From: Diadema antillarum
Lineage: Eukaryota
Length of the DNA: 64,000 nt
Direction: 5' to 3'
Assembly (NCBI RefSeq): GCF_040938485.1
Contig: NW_027271603.1
Span: 62,001 to 126,000 of the forward strand
Positions within the stretch are counted from its first letter, which is position 1, and each line of letters begins with the position of its first letter. Below are positions 15,201 to 29,000 of this stretch, piece after piece. Position numbers and translations under genes: made by a program. The notes beneath the pieces are model-generated. The model searched no databases. It had not been told where the DNA came from and saw only the letters and a list, made by a program, of their open reading frames with translations.

Positions 15201-17005
15201 TCAATCTTCCATACTGAAATAGTCCTTTCAGTTACATGCCTTTAATGTTGCTTGTGAAGTATTTAAAGGGATCGTACAGTTTTGGTTGAGACCTAATTTC
15301 AGGTTTCTAACATTATTTTGATGAAATAATGACAAACCTCTTAAGAAACATGAAAGAGCATGTAATTCTATGAGGAATTCAACGTTTTTCGATGAAAATT
15401 TGTTTTGAAATGGCTGAGATATACAAAAAAGAGCAATTCTAATAAAGTGTGGGACCCACACTTTAATATGTTTGCTTTGTTTTACTTTGTTTGTGAATGT
15501 TCAGTCATTCCAAACCCGATTTTCATCAAATAAACTTGAAATTCCTCTTAAAATGGTATGCTCTGTACTATATCATAAGTGTTTTCTTGGTATCTCGCAA
15601 AAAGTTAAAGCCCAATTCTCATCTCCACCAATACTGTACCATCCCTTTAAATACTTCCCAACTGTTACATGTAAGGAGTATCAAGCCAGTAGGCTGCTAC
15701 TACGTTTATCCGTACGAAAGGGGAAGTTGTTGGCCAAGAGACAGACCCAAAACAGTGCATAGTATTTGAGGTTGTAATCTTTATCCCGTACTATTATTAG
15801 GTTTGATAGTTTGATCTGCATGTGCAATTCATGCACTCTTCTTTTCTTTTTTCTCTCTCTCTCCTTTAGACATCAATCCAAGTGAAGTCACTAGAGACCG
15901 TAGCCCTCAATGCTAAATCAAGTCACAGCTCAGAACACACCCCTCTCCTCCAGTGGGACAGTCCAATGTGTAACCAACCAATGGGATCCTTCCATTATAT
16001 GGCATTAGCACTCTCTAACCAATCAGCCATGGGCAATGAATGGAGTGCCTGGGTAGAGATCAGTGATGGTCTTCCAAGAACCCCTCTTCCAATGCCAGTA
16101 AGTTTAGTCTCTTTGATATTGTTATCTTTCCGGTGAGCATGCTTCAAAGAAGTCCATGTTTCAAATTCATCAGCAGTCCATGTTAATGTTCTTGCTGAAG
16201 GGTCACAAAAAGCTAACAGACATTCATGACATGTACGTGTAAGATTGGATTTATTAGGTGAACTTTGAGGAGAAGTCTATCTTTACAGTGAAAATAATTT
16301 GAAATATGAATGATGTTAAAAATACCGCTACAACTTCAACTGGAAATTTTCACAAATTTACATGTTAGAGTAGTGGCAATCAGCCATGTGATTTTCTTAT
16401 GTGTATCCCTGTAACAATTTTACAAGTTTGATTGTAAAATGGGCTAAGTGCCATTTTAAACATTTTAAAATTAGTCCATCGTCACGTAGAGCAAGATAGA
16501 ACCTTTCGAGTGATACCTCTTTTGTAACATAGCAAGGAATGTTCTTGAAGTTATGATTAAAAGTATCCCATAATTTTTTTTTTTGTTATTTTCTCTTTTT
16601 TTAAAACAGTTTTAGTGGCAAATATCTCAACTTAGCAAAAATGGAGTTGACTCGTTTTGCAATCGAACTCTTCAAATGTTCAAATGTTTTCATTGGAAAT
16701 GTGTGTAGATTAGTAGGCCTATAAAGACATTCCAGACCAGAGGCGTCGTGACCGTACCCATGGTTGTCATGGTCTATCAGTACGAGGGCGTGACCCATGT
16801 CACCGTTGACGACGACCCTTCACCCAAGATGCTAGTCATCAACAAGTGTGCCTTTCCGGTCCATGTTGCCCAGTCACCAGATAGTGCCTTGCCAGAAAGT
16901 GAGTCAGAGTTTCATTTGCCATAAGCAAGATGTGAATTGATCCTTGTGCACCTTACACCCTCATGTCTCCCTCTCTTTCTCCAAAGCCATACATTCTTTG
17001 TGTGT

Positions 17006-17036
<31 letters not shown>

Positions 17037-20000
17037 GTGAGACTCTTATAAAACGCACATTTCTACCTAAAAAAGATACTCAAGGCGCTATAGAACAGAG
17101 TACATATTGTGTCACGTTACAACAGTATCACAGAAAATAATAAGACAATAAACCAACAAACAATAGTCCTATATACGTACACATACTATACATACAGGTA
17201 TACAGTATGTCCCCCAAAAAATTACAACGGGGCCCTCCGCAATGATATCTTTCAGAATAATGAATAAATCTAAATACAAGTTCAGGGTATGAAACTATAA
17301 CTCATTGCCCACATCTTACAGAAAACCCCATACGATTTACTTCAGTGGTCAAAGAGAAATACGGAATTTTATAGAGGATGTCGGGAATCTCTTCTGTCCA
17401 AGTTCTGTCTATTATTCACACACAAGATCATCGAAGTGCTAAACTCGGAAGAATCCAATTCATGACATGCTTTACAACAAGTCACATTTCTCTGTGACCG
17501 CTTAACCATATTGAACGGGGATTTCTGCAAAATAGAGCTAAGATGTTGATGTCTCGTGATAAGTACCATGATGTCTGTCTTGTTGAAAGGTAGTAAAAAA
17601 AACTTGCCTGTTATATAAAGTAATTGTTATCTCCTTACAAATCATGGTATTTCATGTTGATTATATACTGTCTTATCACAGTAGGTATTGTCATAGAAGT
17701 AAACAAGAAAAAATACCTGTTTGATATTTCATGTGACAATTTCCAGATGCTCTGGAGATCGAGGAAGAAAGAGGGCCCCTCCCCAAGGTGCCCGTCGTTC
17801 CTCCTGGAGAAGTGGTTCACTTCGTTCCCAACCCAAGTGGCCAAACAAAGCAGACCAATGTCTACAAGTTCCACTTTGCTTTGGCGGCACCTCCCGGATC
17901 CGTCTCCATTCCGTCGCCCCAGAACCTCTCGGATGGTACGCAGGTGGAGGGCCACCAGTGGAGCGAGGCCATAGACATCATAGACTCGTGTAACCCCACC
18001 CGGTCGGAAATCGTTGCCATGCCAACGGGAGGATACCTCCTGGTTGCCAGTGAGTGTGTGGGAACGTTGATCCATGTCTTCTTGGATTCCCTCAACTCCA
18101 AAGACGACGAAGAGGAAGGCTGCAAGGACGACACGCCACAAATCAGTCAGTCCATCAGCACCTCCAGCCTGGTCATCATGGTGATGAATGACCTCTCCCA
18201 GGGAAAAGAGGTTCAGGAGATGCTGCGAGTGACCGCTGATGGTGTCAGCTTCATTGTTGTTGCCAGGGAAGACCTAAGGCGGAGGAAGGCCTTGCACTCA
18301 GTGCACCTTCTCCAGCTTACTGTCAACAGTTTGCAGATTGACAACCAAAGTCATGGGAGCGGTGGCTACGATTTCCCCGTCATCTTCAGGGGTCTGGAGA
18401 GGACTGAAGATAACGGCCTGCCGGAAATCAATCCCAACCTTCACCTGACGCCGGAGCGCTGGTACAACTTCGTCTACTGCGAGGCCCAGGAGAACCGCGA
18501 GACCAGCTTCCTCTCCCTGCACGTGTTCGTCGAGAGCAGCGAGGGCTTCGGGGACCAGCTGCGGAATGCGGAGATTGCCCTCAATGACATGGAGGTCTTC
18601 ATCGAGGATCAGCTCCTGCTCAACGCGAAGGGCCTCTTGAAGACATACAGCCCTGGACTGGTGGTGACCAGACCCCCATCAGCCAGGACAGGGGTGCCAT
18701 CCATGGTGGAGGTGGCAATGTGTGCACTAAGAAGCCCCATTGGCCTCCAGCAACTCACCATTCTCCCCATCACTCTCACAGCTAGTGTCCATGCCTCTGT
18801 CAAGATGTTCATCTCCCTGGACCAAACCAAGCTGCGGTTCCAGTGCTACGAGACCGGTCCCATTTATGCCACCCATCGGCAGCTTGGGCAGGCCCTTACC
18901 TTACACTACACATCGGGGGCACTATTCAAAGCAGGTAATTATAGTGCATTGTATAATGCATACATATGTTTATTTTTCTTGGGGTTTATATGATTAAATG
19001 TATTTGTAATAGAAGCAATGCTTAAACCAGTTATTCATGCATCATCACCCAAGCAGGAATATGGATTTTGCCATGATGTCATATTTACAGGTGGTATCAC
19101 TGCTATGGCTATAATACTGCAGTTACTGCAGTTGCTGTGCAATACTGTATACGCCATATATTTCGCGAGTCTAAATTTTCGCGAATCGGGACTTCCCGAC
19201 AATTTCGCGAGTGGTTAAATTCGCGATTGTGGAGTCCTGTACTGAACAGAGAAATGTATACGTGCATGTCACATTCATATCGGCATTAGAGTCAATATTT
19301 TCGCGTGTTTTTAATTTCGCGAATAGCAGCTGACTCGCGAAATTCGCAAAAATAAAAACCTCACGAAATATTTGGCGTATACAGTAACTGGAAGCCATCA
19401 ATCAGTTATTACCAGCCTATGTCATTGCTGTGGTGATTGCAGCCAGTGCAATTTGCAATAATTGCAAATGGCAGCATCGTAAGTTTGTTTAAACATATTT
19501 TTCTGTCTGAATGAAATTATCTTGTCAACTTTACACATTTGCCAAGTTTTGACAGGTGAAGAAGACATGTGTAGATTTCTGCAGATGCCATTACTCTACA
19601 ACCAAGATCAGGAAATGTACATTTAGCATTGCCTTGAAGATTCAGTATGATATATTTGGTATAAATATGTAGTGTTTCTGAACAATATTCTGTTCAATGT
19701 ACGATGTGGCATGCATCCTTCTGTTGTATGAGATGGGGGAGATAGCACCATCTAGTTTTGGAGAAGTTGCACACACTGTATAATTGAGAATGATGCGATG
19801 TCAGTGCTTTAGAAAAGGTTCAATACCAGTGTATGGTAAAATTCTCTCTGTGAAAGGTTGAATGTATCACTTCTTAAAAAGTAAACAGAATGCTGCTAAT
19901 TAGACCTGTGCTCTGTTTCATCAGACTTCACGTCATTGCTGTTTAAAGTAGAGGGATACTTAGAAATGCAATGACAAAATAAGAGAGAGTTTACAACAAA

Positions 20001-23000
20001 TGATTCCTACATAGTTGAATGATTCAATCAGTCATTAGTTTAGTATAGAAATACAAGTCAGGCATGGACACATCCATAAGGAACCCCACAAATAATGATT
20101 TTTACCCACGCCGATGAAAATCGGCAGGGGGTTATGTAAAGGGTTCCGTATGTTTGTTTGTTTGTTTGTTTGTTTGTTTGTTTGTTTGTTTGTTTGTGTA
20201 CAAGATAACAAGAGAACGGGTATACGGATTTGCACGAAATGTTCAGGGGATGTTTGGATAATGGCAGGAAAGAATCGATTAGATTTTGGTGATAATCGGT
20301 TGACCCTTGCAAATTCTGTGTGACCTTGAAGTTTTGACCCCATGGTATAGTGACCACTCCGAAAATTTCCCGTTTCTCACTTTGCGATTTTCCGCTACCA
20401 TACGAAAACATAAACTCCCAAACGATCCGACTTCGCTGCTCAAATGTTCGTAAGAATTCCGAAATTTACGTTTAGGCCTATTTGAGGGACTATGTCCTTC
20501 TAGATTTATGAAAGTTCGTTCTCCGTTGTCACAAACTGGCCCGTATTTTGATGATTTTTCAAATTAACATTGATTGTTTCTTTCGTTGGAGGAACATTTT
20601 GCTCGGTCAGTCACACTGCACGATATGCGCGCTCAATGTCAATGCGTGTGCAAGGCCGCTGAAAATGCATCGTGCTCTACACTGTTGGTGCAAAATTGCA
20701 TCGGGGACGCTGCGGCGCTCGTTGGTGACCGAATACTGGTGCAGTAGACATTTGCATTCAACCCTTGCATTGAATAATTCCCGTAGACACTAATCATAGG
20801 GGTAATTGCCTAGGGGGTACGTAAATTTTGTTTTTCTTTTGCGCTTTTGTGGATACCATCAAAGATCGTACACTCATACGACCTTTGATATCATCACACT
20901 CTCGGCTTGCTATAATCAAAATATCCCGCAAGAAAACGGCGTATTTCTCAATTTTTAGCGGTTTTTCGGCGACCCGTCGCGTAGACAATACTCTTAAAAC
21001 TGGACTTAATTCGCACACGCTTGGAAAAGTTCTGATTCTGCACTTTTGACGGTGGAATTTGGGATTTTCGATGGATTTTTGGAGGAGACTAAAGGACTTT
21101 CCTGTTGTGAATGAGTGTTACCGTATGTGAAATGATGTGATTTGCGTGTGATGTGACTGTAGAACCAAAGATCGTACACTTCAGTGTACGATCTTTGGTA
21201 GAACTCACTGGCTGGTGATAAAGCACACTGGCAATTAAGTGACCGAATTCTGGTAGATGACCGAATGCACATTATGTTTACCCCGACTTTGTACAAGGCG
21301 TGGGTCTGCCGCCTTTGACGGCCCCTCTCTAGTTATGTGTGTGTCCATATTATGTCGTAGTAAACTTAGTAAACAGTGAACCAATTTCAGGATGGTCGTT
21401 TAGCATTTAAGACCATCATTCTGTGGACAGTTGCCTTTACTTAACCTAGTGTCACTCTCTGTCCCATCAAACAGGTTGGGCCATCGGTTCTCTGGACCTC
21501 ATCGGCAATCCCGCAGGTTTCCTTCGCAGCGTGCGTACAGGTCTCTTTGACACGGTCTACCTGCCATATGAGGGCCTGACCAGAGGCCCAGCGGCATTCG
21601 TCTCGGGCGTGGCATCTGGGATGTCTTCTCTCGTCCGCCACTTATCAGCAGGTGTGGATGGTTGCCTAAAAGCAATACCATGAACTCGCCCACACAAAAA
21701 TGTGTGGATCTAGGTGTAGCCCACAAGAATGACATTTTTTTTGTTCCTCCAATGTTTCTATGTGGGGTTTTTTTCCATCTGTAACAGAAATATTCTGCAT
21801 ACTTCCTTAATAGTTGATGTCATTGTTACCACTTACCTAATTTATCAACACTCAACAGCATGAGTGTATCTTGCCATGTGCTTGAAATATTCTGTTAATG
21901 TCCGGGAGATTTTACTTCCTCATGGCATTGAAGTTTTACTAAATATTGGTAACATTATGATGTTGATTCTATATCCTTTGAAATTATACCAGATCTTTAT
22001 CGCTATCAGTGATTTGTTGATGCTTTTATCTCTAATACAGTATCAAAGACATGAGCCTTGAAGTCTAGTACCTGTATGACACACAAATACCGATGATATG
22101 TTTCTGTCTTCATTTTTTTTCTATATTGTGTCTTTTCTCTAGCATGACATACAAATATTTCCTCAGCTTTTGAAATGTATCTCATACCTTTGAACACAGT
22201 CGTTTGGATCTTATTGTACACACCATATTGACTGAAGTGACCTGAATGCTCAACATACATGTACACTATGGGCTACATTCTTGAGAAAAATTCTTTAATG
22301 ATTTACAAATGTCTGTACTCTTGGGGTAAGCATTCACTCTGGTTTTTTTTTATATTTCTATTTCACATTTTCCATCCAGGCACGCTGACTTCCATCACCA
22401 AGTTTGCATCCAGTGTTTCCCGAAATTTGGACCGGCTGTCGCTGGACGCAGACCACGTGGCACGTCGTGAGGAAGAGAGGAGACACATCCCAGATCGAAT
22501 GTCGTCAGGAATTGTCCAAGGATTGAGCAGCTTTGGGATCAGTCTTCTTGGTATGCCATGCGGGTCTTCTATTTGTCTCCCCCCCCCCAAAAAAAAAAAA
22601 ACTGCCATCCTATGCCTACTTACTCTAATGCATTATTTGCATAGGAATTGACCCTTTGTGAGCCAGGGACTTTGGTCAGTGTATACAACACTAAGGCCTG
22701 AATTCATGAAGGTGGTACAAATGGAACCATGGTTTAAACCATGGACAAAAACCATGGAGCGCCAAGTGTCGCACGGAATATTTCGTTTACGAAATTGGTC
22801 ATTTCATCGACAAAATAACCGTTTCGTCAACGAAATGATCATTTCGTGGACGAAATGTTCATTTAGTTACAAAATGTTTTCATTTTGTTTACAAAATAAT
22901 CATTTCATCACCGAAATGACTTATTTCATAACGAAATATTCCATGCGACACTTGGCGCTCCATGGTTTTTGTCCATGGTTTAAACCATGGTTTCATTTGT

Positions 23001-26000
23001 ACCACCTTCGTGAATTCGGGCCTGAGAGGTTTTCTGTGCCAGTTGGCACTTTAAGCACACAAATTACGGCACAATGTTCTCCTTCCTCACATGCAAGTGA
23101 GGAATGATAGATAATAAAGAGTTAATATGAAATTATCATCAATTCAGCACTTCTGCTCTCAGAGCCTTTACAACCCCTTAAATATTCTCATGCCGTTTAC
23201 TCTCCCCTTCCATTGATATAAAAGTCTTTGAAACCGTTCGATTTCTGAGAGCCTCTTTATTATTCATTCCACTCTTTGAGTCTTTGTATAAACTATGTCA
23301 TGGAGATACTCATTTTAGATGCCATATATTAAAGGCAGCCGATCGCCATCCCTTATGGTACGTAAACTCCGAACGACCGAAGTTTGTGGATGCAATTGCG
23401 CAATGCCAGACTCGGTGCTATACCCATAAACGTGTGGGACAGTGCTGCCACTGAGACACGTGTTTGTGTGTGCGTGTCTGTGTACGCATCATACACAAAC
23501 ATTGTCACCGCGAGCTGCGGTGATTGGAGGAGAGAGGCCAGAAGACGCGTGGCTCTTTTGGCCTCTCTTATGGGCATGCGCACTGAGAGTGTGCGTCCAT
23601 TCGGAAGCTCTCGTGGCTCGCTCGGACAGCTATTTTGGGCTAGGAGATTTGTAGCATAGAGCTCTTGTAGGTTAGCGTGTTGTTCGCTGACCCATTGAGC
23701 CAGCGCTATTCTCATTCGGGGTCACTACGTTTGATACAGAATGGGGGTGGCAGCGTGTTGCGTTCGTCTCCGTGCTGCACAAACCACTCGCTACGACTGA
23801 GTGCCTTTAAGATTGTCAGAAATGAACATGAGCTAAATTTTATTGGGTTGAATTTAATTACTTTTATTTAGTGTAGGATTTGTGAGATCAATCACATTTT
23901 GCCACCTGACATCCATTGATCACCTGACACCAATCACATGACATCAATCACCTGACTTGCATCTTGTTTTTCTCTCCTAGGTGCCATTGCTGGCATCGCT
24001 GACCAGCCACTGAGAAGCCTGCAGGACATGTCTGACCACACAACGGCCAGCTCCCCCAGCCAGAGGGCACGGGGAATCATCTCGGGTGTGGGCAAGGGGC
24101 TGGTAGGGGCGGTGGTCAAGCCCCTTGGAGGGGCAGCTGAACTGGTGGCCCAGACGGGACAAGGTAGGTGACCCAATGCTCCAGGGAGGTGTGGGTAGGA
24201 CATCAATGTGGTCTTATATGCAGAGCATGAGGGTAAAGGAATTCTCGGTATCGCCACTACCTAGGTGCCATGTGCAGAACAGCGTTTTAGATACATTATG
24301 AGATTGCTCAGGGGACAAACTTACCCCGGTTTTGGCTGCGTATGCACTCAGATCACGTTCTGTCTTTATCCAGGGGTATTTTTGTTGAAGATTTCTTCGC
24401 TTTCCATCATGTGACCAGCACATTGCAGCTTTACAGCAGTAAACCATGACTCTAGTGCCCGCAAATCAGTAGAATTTAGAAACTTTCAACTCCCTTAAAG
24501 CTGAATTACAACCAAGAAAAAAGGAGTAACAATGTAAAAGCAGGCAAATAACTCCATTGAATTGTATGGGAGCTGCGACTTACACGAGACAACCAGAAGT
24601 GACAATGGCACTGAGGAATCCCACAGTGCGTCTGTGACAGGGCTCTTCAGCATGAACAGAAGTTTTCTGCGAATTGGTGATATCGAAAATTCCATGCTCA
24701 TGTCCTTGATTTATGGAGATAAAAAGCAATCCAGCCACTGATAGCAATGAAGGTGCTGAAGCTACAGAGTATTTAGTATCTGCAATGATGAGCCAGGAAA
24801 ATTATAAGCTCATTTTTTTCCATTATTGTTGTGTTGTTGGTATTGTGCTTGCCAAGTGCATGGTACACATATGTTTTGAATATGTGAAGAAGTATACAGA
24901 AAGCATTCTCAGTGTCACATACAGTCAAACTCGGATACCTCGAATTCGTCGGGACTGAAGAAAATGGTTCGACGTACGCGAATTTCGAGGTACGCGTACG
25001 TCGAATTTTCTTCGACTTATCCGATGTTTATCGATGTTCAACGTTTATCGATGTTCAACATGGTGTCTGTTATAGTGAATACTGATTGTTTGCATGCTTG
25101 TCAATTTGAATTGAATCAACTTTTATATGAATGAATTGAGTGAAAATCGGAAATGAAATCAACATTTCAGAAATAAAGATTTTGGTGGCCCGATCGCGCC
25201 ACCAAAAAAAAAAAAAAAAGTGGGATGTTTGCCTTTACTTTTCAAAATGAACAGCGGTAACAATCGGCTACGTAAGATGCTAAAATAAATGTCAGAGTTT
25301 TGCGTTTAATTGTGGAAATGAATGACGGTAATATTCGACTCGGTATGATACTAAAATAAATGTCGGATGTTTGCTCATACTTTTGGAAATGAATTCCGAT
25401 AAGACTCAGCTCCGTATGGTGCTAAAACTAATGTTAGATATTTGATTTTGCATTCGGAAATGAATAAGGATAACATTCGGCTCCGGAAGACGCTGAAATA
25501 AATGTCGAATTTTTGCTATGACGTTCGGAAATGAAAAACAACATTCAACTCCGTACGATGGTTAAATAAATGTCGGATGTTTCCTTTTGAAAGTAAATAG
25601 CAATAGCATTCGGCTCAGGAAGATGCTAAAATAGATGTCAGATGATCGTTTTTATGTTCGGAAGAAAATAGTAGTAATATTCTGCTCCATCATGTCCATA
25701 TGATGCTAAAATAACTGTCTGATGTTTGCTTTTAAATTTCGAAATGAATAACAGTAACATTCAGCTGCGTTTAATGGCAAAATCAATGTTTGATGTTTGC
25801 TTTGACGTTCGGAAAAGAGTAACAATAATATTCAACTCCTGACAATGATGAAATAAATGCTGGATGTTTGCTTTTATGTTCGAAAGTAAGTTGCAATAAC
25901 ATTTAGCTCCGGAAGATGCTAAAATAAATGTCGAATGTTTGCTTTGATGTTCTGAAGTGAATAACAATAATATTCAACTCCGTACGCTGATAAAATAAAT

Positions 26001-29000
26001 GCCGGATGTGTGCTTTTACGTTCGAAAGTAAATGTCAATAGCATTCAGCTCCGGAAAATGCTAAAATACATGTCGAATGATTGCTTTTACGTTTAGCATG
26101 TTTGGAAGTGAACAGCAGTAACATTCTGCCCCATACGATGATAAAAAAAAAATATTGGATATTTGCTACGGTACATTTCAAAATAAATATCAGTAACATT
26201 CAGCTATACGTTTCATAGTCCAAAATGTCTGATGTCTGCCTTGACGTTCAAAAATGAAAAACAGTAACATTCAGCTCCGTGCGATGATAAAATAATTGTC
26301 AGATGATTCATTTCACTTTCGGAAGTGGACAGCAGTAACATTCGGCTCCGTTCGATAATGAAATAAATGTCGGATGTTTGAAATGAATAACGGTAATATT
26401 CTGCTCCGTACGATGCAAAAATAAATGGAAGATTAAACGAGAACTTACCGTTTGAAGTTTAATATTAATTTTATGAGTAATTGGAGGGTGAGATTACGTC
26501 ATATATGAGATCCCGCTAGTGCGCGCGCCACTCAATATTAGAAGCAAGAATGTGACCACTGATGTAGGAAGATAACGAGAGATTAAGTTACCGTTTGAAA
26601 TTTGGGGGAGGGTGAGGCGGGACGTAATCTCACCCTCCAATTACTCATAAAATTAATATTAAACTTCAAACGGTAAGTTCTCGTTTAATCTTCCATTTTA
26701 TATCGTAATTTCGTGAGAGATTACGTCATATATGAGATTTCAAAGCCAGTGGTTACATTCTCGAGGCAACCCCCCCGAAAAGGGGTAGGAAGCATACCTT
26801 ACAAGAGGTTCCATTGCAAATCTCATTCAGGTTGAATGCTGCAGAGATATTGTGTCTCCAAGAGTTCACAAGTTCAGGCAGTTCAAGACATGTCTGCCCA
26901 AATCTTAGGGCTTCACAGTCTATTTTTTGATAATTGTTTCTACAAAGGTTTTCTCAGCAGGACAGGGCTTGTTGTAGTACTTGCGAAAGGTTCTTTCGTT
27001 GGCCCAACCGGCTTGCGCAAGTATTTTAGATACTGGGAAATTTCCCTTATTGGCTGCGGAGGTAGACGCTGCCCGAGTAGAGTGCGCCTTGTAGATCTCT
27101 GTATCAATACCCGCAGCCTCCAAAACCTCCTTAATCCAGCGAGCGATTGTTTGAGATGATACCCTGTGATACGGTTTCTTGTAGCTAACAAAAAGGTACC
27201 GTTCACTAGCTCTGATTCTGCGGGTCCTGCTGATGTATTCCTGCAAGTACCTGACTACACAAAGTCTCCTGTCTGGCGGGTATGCCTGGAGCTTGACACT
27301 GTGTGAGTAATTTCCAGGCTTGCTCTGTTTTAGGAGATCATGAAGGTGAAAGGTGACTGCATTATCTCTTAACACCATACCATCCAAGCTTAGATAGTGT
27401 AATGATTGAATCCTTTGTGCTGAGATTAATGCAATAATCACACACAATTTAAGCGTCAATTTTTTCAGGTCCAAAATGTGCGCTGGGGACCAAGAACGAA
27501 GAAAATTGAAAACAAGGTTAACGTCCCACATTTCCATGTATCTAGGCTTGGGTGGGCGTAGCTGAAAGACTCCCTTCATAAACCTCTGGATAAAGGGATG
27601 GTTTCCAACTGTAAACATAGTATCTCGAAGAATCACAAATGAAGATAGAGCACTCCGTGCTAAGTTTATGACACTGTAACCTGCCCCTTTATCGAAGAAA
27701 ATGTCACTCAGGAATTCCAGGATAGCTTGAACATCCGAGTACAAGTAGTTGCTGCATTTTTTGTCACAAAATGCTTTCCATTTGTTTATGTACACTGCAT
27801 ACTGTTTTTTAGTCCCTTTTCTCCAAGAGGAGGCCATTACAGCAGTTATACGTGCATTCAATCCCGCATCTCTGAAGGGCTTGCACAGAACCTGCAAGCA
27901 AGAAGATCAATCTGAGTGTTTAGTGGGTGAGGAATGTTAGAAACTGGCAATGTTAGTAAGGATTCACTCCTATGAATAACAAGTGGTTCCTCATTCATCA
28001 TCCTGTTTAGGAGAGGAAACCATGGCTGGCTTGGCCATTTTGGGACTACTAGTATCCCAGTTGCATTATTAGATTTGATTTTTTGAATGCACTTAGCAAC
28101 TAAGCAGAAAGGAGGAAATGCGTAAAAGTACCACTTTCCCCAATCGAGAGTAAAGGCATCAACAGCCTTGGCATGTGGGTCGGGCAACCATGTGACATAG
28201 TTCTCTACCTGCTTGTTAAGTCTGGAGGCAAATAGGTCTATTTCTGGTGTCCCAAAACGTGAAGTTATTTCTTGGAAAACTGTGCGGTCAAGCATCCATT
28301 CTGTGCGGTCATTGAAAATTCTAGACATGCGGTCTGCCTCCACATTCAGCTTTCCTGGCAAGTGTGCTGCAGTGACCCAATTTTACGAGTTTCGCACCAC
28401 TGCCAAATCTCTCGGGCTGCCCGATCACAGTCAAGGGATTTAATGCCTCCCATGTTGTTAATGTACGCAACAGCAGTACTGTTATCTAGCCGTAACAAAA
28501 CATGAATGTTTTGTGAATTAGAACAGAAGGACTTGAGTCCCATGCCAGCAGCCAGGGTCTCCAGATAATTAATCTTATTCTCCCTGGCTTTTTGCAGCTC
28601 GTCTTCATTCCATCTACCCCCTGTATGGGTGGTATGATCAGATGCCCCCCAGCCTTTGCCACTGGCATCCGTGCACAATTCGAGCATAGGTTTAGGGTGT
28701 CGTAAGGGTGAGAAAGTAGACTGCACATTGTCTGTCCACCATTGCAGCTCTTGTTTTGCTTCCAAAGATAGGCTCATTTTTCTGTCAAAATGCCCCTTAT
28801 TCATTTTGAGTGCTTTGATTTTGTCCCTTTCTAAAGCCCTGTAATAGAGCTGTCCATACTGGACTGCGGGAAATGATGCTACCATTTTCCCGATAATTCT
28901 AGCCACCTGCCTGATACTGGGGTTTGCCATTTGCATAAGTTCATTGCACAAGGACTGTATTTCCTCTGATTTGTTATCAGGCAGTCGAATTGTCATGGCC

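Noticed and set aside
17624-18830. Several overlapping alternative-frame and antisense ORFs (up to 168 aa)
   Set aside because: Shadows of the GC-rich VPS13B exon 21; no independent splice or start signals, and no recognisable motifs.
23353-23715. ORFs of 70-120 aa in a CpG-rich patch
   Set aside because: They lie inside the TTAA-flanked non-autonomous element; no transposase motifs.
25222-26422. Regularly spaced repeats next to RT and recombinase ORFs, superficially like a CRISPR array or integron/retron/DGR locus
   Set aside because: The units are degenerate along their full length with no unique spacers, there are no cas genes, and the context is a spliceosomal intron. The RT and YR belong to a DIRS element defined by its ITR/ICR.
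28370-28390. Programmed -1 ribosomal frameshift in DIRS pol
   Set aside because: No canonical X XXY YYZ slippery heptamer in the correct frame, and the shift falls inside the RNase H domain. A mutation or consensus error is simpler.
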